A DNA stretch of 24,819 bases from a virus (taxonomy: Duplodnaviria > Caudoviricetes), in the IMG/VR virus record IMGVR_UViG_3300027896_000206, positions 1 through 24,819 of that record. The stretch is one strand, 5' to 3'. The translations under genes were made by a program, and so were the position numbers. Below the pieces are notes generated by a model that had not been told where the DNA came from, ran no database searches, and saw only the letters and a list, made by a program, of their open reading frames with translations. Positions 9,431-17,600 of this stretch are shown here, piece by piece. The first letter of the stretch is position 1, and the number at the start of each line of letters is the position of its first letter.

Positions 9431-10843
9431 TTATGAAATAACTAGTGATTTTACAATTATTTCATTATAAAATTCAGCCCTCTTTTCAGTTACATTTTTA
9501 AGATTAAATTTTTCTTTATAATCATTATATAAATTTTCTCCCAATTCTTTTCTTAAATTTTCATTTAAAATAAGTTTTTTAAGATATTTATACCATTCTT
9601 TATCTAAATGATTGTAATTTCTATTTTCACCCTTTTCATTTACTGTTGGTATAAGAACAGTATTTTCCATATGTTTTCCATCTATATTATAAGGAACTAC
9701 ATCAGTACAAACAACCGCAAGTTTACGTGACCAGCATTCTACTTGTTTTAAATTACTTTTTGCCCGGTTAAAAGGATTATCGGTAAGTGGGGCAAGAGCA
9801 ATATCAGTTTCGTTTAACACCTCTGCATAAACATTTGCTTTTTGAGTCCAGCGTCTTGCGTAAGTCCCTTCATTAGGATATTTATTACGTTCATAATTTT
9901 TTAACCATTTTTTATAATCATCGTTTTTTATAATATCATAATTATCAGTTAATATTTTCTCATATTCCAAATAAATAGATTCTATTGAATCAATTGATCG
10001 TTCTTTTGAAATAAAAACATTATTGCGAAATTTATCCCTAACATCTTTTGGAAGCTTTGGAATTTGATCGACATCACCCTTTGACCTGTTAATTGCTTTA
10101 ACCATTTCCCCATTCCATAATTTTAATCTTTTAAGTATTTTACCAAAATCTTCATTAAATTTAACATCGGTTGTCTTACCCTCACAGTCCCAACCCGCCA
10201 AAATCATCTTAAATTTGCCCTTGGTTTGAAGATCGTTGTTTAACCTGTTAAATGCTCCATTTAATTGCTGAACGTCTCCCCGGTGGGACGAACCAGCCAT
10301 GTAGGTAATACGTACTAATCCATCAGGATCGGGAGCCCAGTTGTTTTTAAATTGTTTCATCCATGTAGGATCGACAGAATTATAAAATACTTTTACGTTA
10401 TCTTTACCACTAACCTTCCTTATTTCATCTGCAAAATATTCGGTAGTTGTGGTAATATAATCAGCAATTTTTAAATTATCCATAATTTCCTCATGTTGTT
10501 TTTTATCCATTGCTATTGAATAATAAGGGTGGGATTTATCCAATTTCCAATAGTCATCAATATCCATGATTAAAATAACCCCTGCTGATTTTAATTCATT
10601 TGCCAATTTTAACATTTGAGGAATATCAGATACAAGTTGCCTGTGATAATGTATAATGTGAAATGATTTTAAATATTCAATCGTTTCCGGCTTATTAAAA
10701 TCTAACTCTGGATTGATTTCTATTCTGAATCTATCAGAATGATCCCTTTCTAATTGCATAGCAGGAGTTTGGGACCTAAAATAATTTACTCCTGCACTGT
10801 CTAAATTATGAAATAATATTTTAATTTTATCAGCTTCTTCCAT
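9431..10843 (-). CDS. GT-B fold glycosyltransferase (GT4-like), 470 aa
   Basis: 'ILIMDIDDYW', 'ADYITTTTEYFADEI', 'NSVD', 'YMAGSSHRGD', 'DIALAPLTDNPFNRAKSNLKQVE', 'LRKELGENLY' are typical of phage GT4-like enzymes. Confidence 0.85.
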   Translation of the reverse strand: MEEADKIKILFHNLDSAGVNYFRSQTPAMQLERDHSDRFRIEINPELDFNKPETIEYLKSFHIIHYHRQLVSDIPQMLKLANELKSAGVILIMDIDDYWKLDKSHPYYSIAMDKKQHEEIMDNLKIADYITTTTEYFADEIRKVSGKDNVKVFYNSVDPTWMKQFKNNWAPDPDGLVRITYMAGSSHRGDVQQLNGAFNRLNNDLQTKGKFKMILAGWDCEGKTTDVKFNEDFGKILKRLKLWNGEMVKAINRSKGDVDQIPKLPKDVRDKFRNNVFISKERSIDSIESIYLEYEKILTDNYDIIKNDDYKKWLKNYERNKYPNEGTYARRWTQKANVYAEVLNETDIALAPLTDNPFNRAKSNLKQVECWSRKLAVVCTDVVPYNIDGKHMENTVLIPTVNEKGENRNYNHLDKEWYKYLKKLILNENLRKELGENLYNDYKEKFNLKNVTEKRAEFYNEIIVKSLVIS

Positions 10844-10866
10844 ATTTATATTTATTTTTTAAATAG

Positions 10867-11529
10867 TTAATTAATTTTAGTAGTGGTAAATATTTCGTTA
10901 TTCATTTTATTTAAAATATCTTCCGATTCTAAACGAAATTTTTCTTTAAGTTTTAAATATGCATCATATTTTGTAAATCTCATATCTACATAATATATTA
11001 ATTTATCATCATTTATAATTCTACATATATTTGAAAACAAATTATAAATATATACTGCTTTAGTATAAGAATTATTTAAAGCATAATTTAAACAATTAAC
11101 AACCTCATTTATTAAATCATCAATAAGTTTTCTTTTTATTTTTTCTTTATTGTACTCTAATAAATTTTTAGGGGCATTAACTTTAAGTTCTTCATCATCT
11201 AATATAGACAGAGAAGCATCAATGCCTTTAGTACTATAAGTATTAACTTCTAAAATTCTTCCATTTTCTAATTCAAATGCTGGAGAAGGGGCAATCATAA
11301 TTTTCTCAAAGTTATCTACTTTACTTAAAACTTCAATAGACATTGCTATTTTTTCTTCATCAAATTCATTCGGTTTTAATGCCCAAAGAAAAGTATTGGT
11401 GTCTAAGCTAATTTGTAGTACTACATATAGTTTAATCAATGAACGTCTACTTTCATCTTTAACCATTAAATTTATTAAACTTTCTAAATAGTTTAATGTT
11501 TCTTTTGATTTTTCTTTATTGTCTTCCAT
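10867..11529 (-). CDS. Hypothetical protein, 220 aa
   Basis: Long co-directional ORF; no recognised motif. Confidence 0.7.
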   Translation of the reverse strand: MEDNKEKSKETLNYLESLINLMVKDESRRSLIKLYVVLQISLDTNTFLWALKPNEFDEEKIAMSIEVLSKVDNFEKIMIAPSPAFELENGRILEVNTYSTKGIDASLSILDDEELKVNAPKNLLEYNKEKIKRKLIDDLINEVVNCLNYALNNSYTKAVYIYNLFSNICRIINDDKLIYYVDMRFTKYDAYLKLKEKFRLESEDILNKMNNEIFTTTKIN

Positions 11530-11560
11530 AAAATTTATAGTTTATTATAAAATAATGTAA

Positions 11561-11574
11561 TTTATTATAAATAG
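11561..11574 (-). promoter_or_regulatory. Variant of upstream motif (CTATTTATAATAAA)
   Basis: Shares the TATTTATA core, intergenic, 31 nt upstream of ATG 11529; AT-rich background lowers confidence. Confidence 0.35.
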
Positions 11575-11630
11575 TAAAAATAAATACAAAAGTACAAAAA
11601 AATGTTAATAATTACTAAAAAAATTAATAT

Positions 11631-12008
11631 TTAATACGGTTGATATTTAGGAGTTCCCCTTTTAGGTTTTTTAGTTTCTGTTTTTTCGGTTGTTTCTTCT
11701 TCTTTATTTATTACAACTTCCTGTAAAGGTTTAATAATAACATTTTTATCCATTATTGATGGTGTGGTTTTTTGCAGTTTTAAAAATTGTTCACTGCTTA
11801 TTTCATGAACTTCAACATATTTTTTGATTCTCAATTTATGTATTGATATTGGTAAATTACCACATGATAAATAAACAACACCACCTACTGGTAATGAACA
11901 TGTTTTTTTATCGAAACCAACCGAATATTCAATTGCCAATATTTTATTTTTATTCGGGTCTCTTTTTTGTAATTGGTTTGTTACGTTTTTAATTTTATAG
12001 TATGACAT
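11631..12008 (-). CDS. Hypothetical protein, 125 aa, charged low-complexity C-terminal tail
   Basis: Co-directional ORF ending EEETTEKTETKKPKRGTPKYQPY. Confidence 0.7.
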   Translation of the reverse strand: MSYYKIKNVTNQLQKRDPNKNKILAIEYSVGFDKKTCSLPVGGVVYLSCGNLPISIHKLRIKKYVEVHEISSEQFLKLQKTTPSIMDKNVIIKPLQEVVINKEEETTEKTETKKPKRGTPKYQPY

Positions 12009-12031
12009 ATTTTAAAAATTTATTTTTTTTA

Positions 12032-12886
12032 TTATAATCCTTGCACCATGATATCCCCATATTTAACGCCATCGAAATTCATGCTACGTGCTTTTTCTGC
12101 AACAGCACGGTTTGCCAACGCTTCTGGGCTTGTACCAAGTCTTCTTGAAATTTTTTCAAAATCAACATGAGGAAACCAATATTTACTTAAAACCATTACT
12201 GGATTTTTTTCACCATGATATATAATATTCATATCATTAGTGTCCAATAAATTATCGAATTGAATTGAATAGGCCCTATATCCTTCTACTGGTTTTAATG
12301 AAAAATAATTACCTGATTTTGAATCTACTTTTATTGGGTCTTTACGATAAGCTTTAACTGTTTTCTTTTTTGAATTTATAACATTATCACCATGTAATAC
12401 TTCTTTATTCCCATCATCATCTAATTTTATCTCAGCTTCCAAAGCAGCAAGAAAAGAAAGTTCATTAATATCATGGGGTTCATTCATTGCATTTATTTGG
12501 TCTTGTGCTATTACTTCATCTAGTGTTTCATTTTTTTCATATTTATAAAGTTCTTGAATTTTCTTTAACATTTCTATAGCTTCTTCTGGACATAAATTAA
12601 CTCGTATTCCAGTTATAGGAACATTATGCGTAATTGAAGATGCCAGTCTATGATGTCCATCTAATACTGAATTATTATTTGCCAACCATATGGGCTTAAG
12701 ATTTAATGGGTCGATTTCACTGACTTTATCCATAATAATGACACCTTGCATTGGTTTTAATTCAGAACCATTAACTTTTACTTTTTTATAACCAACTCCA
12801 TTTTTCTTTAAACCATCTATCATATATTTAAATGGTGCACTATTTATTTGCGGTAAAGAATCTGGTTTTACAGGATTACTATTCAT
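12032..12886 (-). CDS. Two-domain protein: N-terminal ParB/Sulfiredoxin-like domain plus C-terminal degenerate ART-like domain, 284 aa
   Basis: 'ELKPMQ...KPIWLANNNSVLDGHHRLAS' is a ParB/Srx DGxHR motif; acidic linker with AMNE/DINE; C-part 'KAYR...GNYFSL...FDNLLD...ARSMNFDGVKY' resembles ART-PolyVal-type domains (weaker call). Confidence 0.7.
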   Translation of the reverse strand: MNSNPVKPDSLPQINSAPFKYMIDGLKKNGVGYKKVKVNGSELKPMQGVIIMDKVSEIDPLNLKPIWLANNNSVLDGHHRLASSITHNVPITGIRVNLCPEEAIEMLKKIQELYKYEKNETLDEVIAQDQINAMNEPHDINELSFLAALEAEIKLDDDGNKEVLHGDNVINSKKKTVKAYRKDPIKVDSKSGNYFSLKPVEGYRAYSIQFDNLLDTNDMNIIYHGEKNPVMVLSKYWFPHVDFEKISRRLGTSPEALANRAVAEKARSMNFDGVKYGDIMVQGL

Positions 12887-12894
12887 TATAATAC

Positions 12895-12908
12895 TTTTTT
12901 ATAAATAC
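12895..12908 (-). promoter_or_regulatory. Conserved upstream motif GTATTTATAAAAAA (putative late promoter)
   Basis: Identical 14-mer, 8 nt upstream of ATG 12886. Confidence 0.6.
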
Positions 12909-12912
12909 TCAA

Positions 12913-14658
12913 TTATAAATATTTTGATACTAATAATTCATCTGCAAGTATTCTTATTTCACCAGTATCAGTTCCACTAATTACTGGTACATCATCAGGA
13001 ATATTATTCTTTTCAATAATAAAAATTACTAGTTCTGTTAATTTAATTTGTGATAATCTTTCAATTCCTCCAATAATAATTGGATCATCCAATCTTCTAT
13101 CAATCCTACTTGCTGTTATATGAAATATTTTTCTTGCACTTTCAATAGTATCAATTATTGGTTCTGAAAGATGTTTTCTTCTTTTATTATAATCATCCAT
13201 AAAATATTTTTTAATTTCAGATAAATCTTTACCAAATCTTTTTTCTTGTCTTTCAATCCACCAATTAATTACTTTTTGAATTTCATAAAATACAAGATTT
13301 GGTGATTGTTCATTTTTACATTTAGATAATGCTATTGCAAATAACATTCCTTCATAGTAAGTTTTTGCATTTTCAAGATCAGTAAAACAACTAATACCTT
13401 CAATTCTACCACCACCAAATCCTCTTCCTTTTCCTTCTTTTTGTACTTTTAAATATCCATCTTTTAATATTTTATTTTTATAAGGAGAAACATGATATAA
13501 ATTTTGTGGTAATTCATTTTTAGAAATTATTTTTCCTTTTTGAGATTCATCTCCAATAGTGATATAATCTTTATCTGTTTTAATATCACTGAATGATATT
13601 TTTTCAGATAGATCATTTATTTCTTCTTTAATAGGCTTTATTATTCTAATTTGTTCCGGGTTAAAAACAACCGTTTCAAAACTTGGGTATGTTCCAATTA
13701 CTCCGTCATATCCTTGTTCTTTCAGCCACTTTAAATCTTCATTTCCAATACTTTGTATATTTATTTTTTTACCAGTATATGGATTTATTTCTTTACTAAA
13801 ATAAGCATTATCAATTTTAAATGGTTTTTCAATTTTTAAATAAACCTTATATTCATATTTACCATATGGTATCATAGTTTTTGATGAATGAAAATAAATG
13901 CCATTTGTTGATTTAGAATGTTTCCTTATATAATCCTTATCATTTTGTATTTTAAATTTAGTTATATCAGGATTATCACTTCTGTGTAACATTATTTTTG
14001 GGGTTCCGTCACTATTTATCACCTTACTATTACCAAACCATTGTTTGAATTCATCTGAATTAATATCGGTATTATCTGTTAAATTATTTATTTCTTCATT
14101 TATTAATGATTTAATTACATTCACTTTTTCATATACTTTCGTCTTTCCTTCATCAGCAGCATAAATATTTACTTTTATATGATCTGAAATATCATTCTTT
14201 AATGATTTTAATAATTTTAATTCATTAGTTCTATCATCATAAACATCAATTTCTTCAACATTTGGAAATCTATTTAAAAAATCTAAAATTCTTCTATCTT
14301 TTCCTTTTACAGAATTAGGACTCTTCAATGAAATTTCATCTACATTAATTTTATTATTTTCAAGATGTGTTTTTATTTCATTTCTGAATTTTTCCAAACG
14401 GGAAGATAATATTACAGTATAAATATTATCATTATTATAATCATTTTCTAATTTGTTTTTTATTTTAGTAAAGGGTTCAACATCAAAAATTTCCGGATTT
14501 AAACTTTCTTTGTTTGACCACCATGCTCTGCCGGAAAAATCTTCTCCTGTCTTTTCTTCCCATTCTTTTTTACCTTCTTTGGACATAGAAGTATTAAGCA
14601 AGGTTCCATCTAGATCGTAGAATGAAATTTTCTTTATATTTTTAATATTTTTGGGCAT
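12913..14658 (-). CDS. Three-domain polyvalent protein: HAD phosphatase (Swiss-Army-Knife RNA-repair-like), ART-PolyVal-like and second ART-like domain, 581 aa
   Basis: HAD motifs FYDLDGTL, ILSSR, K, VYDDR and 'WW'; then 'EFKQWFGNSKVINSDGTPKIMLH...GIYF...VYLKIEKPF...LKEQGYDGVI...VVFNPEQI'; then 'LYHVSP...ILKDGYLK...GISCFTD...GEIRI'. ATG overlaps the giant ORF stop (TAATG, 14656-14660). Confidence 0.78.
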   Translation of the reverse strand: MPKNIKNIKKISFYDLDGTLLNTSMSKEGKKEWEEKTGEDFSGRAWWSNKESLNPEIFDVEPFTKIKNKLENDYNNDNIYTVILSSRLEKFRNEIKTHLENNKINVDEISLKSPNSVKGKDRRILDFLNRFPNVEEIDVYDDRTNELKLLKSLKNDISDHIKVNIYAADEGKTKVYEKVNVIKSLINEEINNLTDNTDINSDEFKQWFGNSKVINSDGTPKIMLHRSDNPDITKFKIQNDKDYIRKHSKSTNGIYFHSSKTMIPYGKYEYKVYLKIEKPFKIDNAYFSKEINPYTGKKINIQSIGNEDLKWLKEQGYDGVIGTYPSFETVVFNPEQIRIIKPIKEEINDLSEKISFSDIKTDKDYITIGDESQKGKIISKNELPQNLYHVSPYKNKILKDGYLKVQKEGKGRGFGGGRIEGISCFTDLENAKTYYEGMLFAIALSKCKNEQSPNLVFYEIQKVINWWIERQEKRFGKDLSEIKKYFMDDYNKRRKHLSEPIIDTIESARKIFHITASRIDRRLDDPIIIGGIERLSQIKLTELVIFIIEKNNIPDDVPVISGTDTGEIRILADELLVSKYL

Positions 14659-17600
14659 TATATTATTTTAAATAAAATATTTTCAATATTTTTAAATTCA
14701 TAATAAGGAATTCGTAATAATTTAATATTATTTTTCTTTGCAAATTGATCTTTTATTATATCATTAGTATAATTATTTCCTTCATTAATATCGTTTTTAT
14801 CAATATTTTCATTAATAAAACTTAATAGTGCACCTTTATTATTAGGTAGTTGATCGGTGTAAACCTTAATTAAAAGAGTTTTTAATGTCTCACCAATTTG
14901 TTTACCTTTCATTCCAAGTGCTAATAAATCATTACCATTTATTGCTAATTGTTGCAAAGATAACGGATATTTACCAGATTTCAAATCATTTACTGCATTT
15001 TTTATTTGTGGCGGTAATAGATTACTATCTAATGTTCTTGATGATATTTTATTCATATTAAATACTATAAGTCTGTTTTTTGCCGGAACATCGGATACGC
15101 CATCAAATGCCATTTTTAATACTTCTATTTCATTAGTATTATCATCATCACCCTTTAAATTGTTTTTATAAAAATATGCTGGATTATCTATAATATTTTT
15201 AGTTAACATAAAAACGTATTCACCAAGACTTTTTATTTTATCCCAAGGTTCTGCTCTGTTAAATCCAATATTACGTCCAAATATTTGTTCAAATAAACCA
15301 GTTTCTTTAAGTAATTCAGCACCCAAAATTTTATTACCTTTATGTACTATTTTATCTAGTTCAATTAATATTCTTTCAGGTGATATTTCTTTTATTCTAC
15401 TTGCATTTTGTTGAATCAATTTCATAGTTTCTGGTTCTATAGTAAAATTAAAACGAGAAGCAAAGCCGACACCTCTAAGCATTCTTAGGGGGTCGTCAGA
15501 AAATGCTTGGGGATTAACAACTCTAATAATTTTATTTTTTAAATCATCAACACCATGATAAGGGTCAATAATATTTCCTTTAGTATCTTTTGCTATTGCA
15601 TTTATACTGTAATCTCTTCGACTCAAATCTGTTTCAATTGATAAATTATGATCTGACGTTACATCAAATCCTTTATGCCCACCTTCACCCGTTGGTTTTT
15701 CTGAACGGGGAATAGCAATATCAATATCTTCTTCTGATCCTTGTGGTTTAAATTTAATAATACCAAATGATTTACCTACTTCACTAACTTTACCATAATG
15801 AGATAATATTTGTGCTAATTTATCAAGTGGAATTCCAGTAATTAATATATCCAAATCTTTAGATTCTTTTCCCAATAATTCATCACGAATTTTTCCACCA
15901 ACTCCGTAAATTTTACCTCCATTTTTTTCTACTTCATTTTTAAATGGTAACTGATCTAATGATAAAATATTTGCTTCATTGAGATTTTCATTAGTATTTT
16001 TATTTGTTCCAACAAAAGCTAATATTGTTTTCATTCCCAACATTTCAATTGCTTGTGCTCTATGTGTCCCATCAATTATTTGATAATCATGTGCAATAAC
16101 TATTGGGGGATAGTATCCTGTATTCTTTGTCTGGTCAGCATATTTTTTTACAATATCTTCATAGGTTTGAAATTCTTCAATATCAATTTTATCAATTGAA
16201 ACTTCTTTCAAAATATAATTTTTATATTGTTCAATTCTATCTGAAATATCCCCTTCTGACCAATCATTATCATTCCAATGTATCTGTTGTATATATTGAT
16301 AGATAATATCTTCAGGAACAATATCATTAATTTTTATGGTTTTTATTTTTTCAAGAAAATCTTCCCTTTCATTAACCGTCTCATCCTTTCTTCCAATTCT
16401 ACCAACATCTTGTGGTAATTCTCCCTTTTCATATGGAGTTGCTCCGGTTTTAAGCCAGTAGTATAAATAATAACTTTGTTTTGTTGAAATATATTTATTT
16501 TTCTTTGCAAAATATAATATCTTTTTAATTAATAAATTTGGTTTTGATTGAGACATTATTTTTTCAAAGTATTTGATTTTATTATCATCCATTGGTACTT
16601 TATTATTTAAAGCTGGATTAGGGTCAATATGTTTTCTTATATCAAGAATATTATATAAAATATATTTATTTTTTATTGATAATTTTCTATCCTTAACAAG
16701 ATTAAACATAATGTTTTTATATTTTTCTTTTGTTTGATCATCTAAAAAAGACCATTGATGTTGTAATATTTTTATCTGTTCATCCGAAAAATCGACAGTA
16801 TCATTATTATTTTCATTAATTTTTTTATTTTCACCAATATATTCTTCAAACTCTTCTGGATCGGCAGATATTCTATCTATTAAAATATATTCTTCATCAA
16901 AAATAACATCTGGTATTTTCTTCCAGCAATAACCACCACCAGTCTCATATGAATAAGGTGGAATATCAACAATATAAATACCATCTTCCAATTTTGCTAC
17001 AGCATAAACATGTTGATCACCTATTTGTTGTGAAACTGTTGTACATTCAATATTATTATTACTTAAAACATTGCAGATTGCTTCTGCAATATCTTGACAA
17101 ATTCCACCATATCCTAAATAATCACAATAACCTTCTTCATTTTGTTCCCATTCATTATATACTTTTTGTGCAGCTTCTGCCAATTTTGTTTTTAAAGAAG
17201 ATAAAGGTGATTTTGTATTTTCGTTAATATTTTTAGTTGATTCTAATTTAAATTTATTTTCATCAGGAATATTTGCAATATAATTAGAATAAACATCAGA
17301 TGTTATGTTAACTGGTATTGTTTTTTCTTTATTTAAATATGCTTGTGCTACTCTGTGGTATCCATCAGATACTAAAAATTTTTTTGTGTTGATATTATAA
17401 AAAACACTTACTGGTTCATTTGTTTGTGATGGACTATTATTGTTTTTAATATTATAAATTGCTCCGATAATTCCTCTTTTTGAAACTGTTAAATATTTAA
17501 TAGGAAATTTATCAACATAAATTGCATCATCTGCATCAACACCACGATTTAATTTATTAAAATCTATTATATTATTTAATTCATCTTCTTCATTAATATT

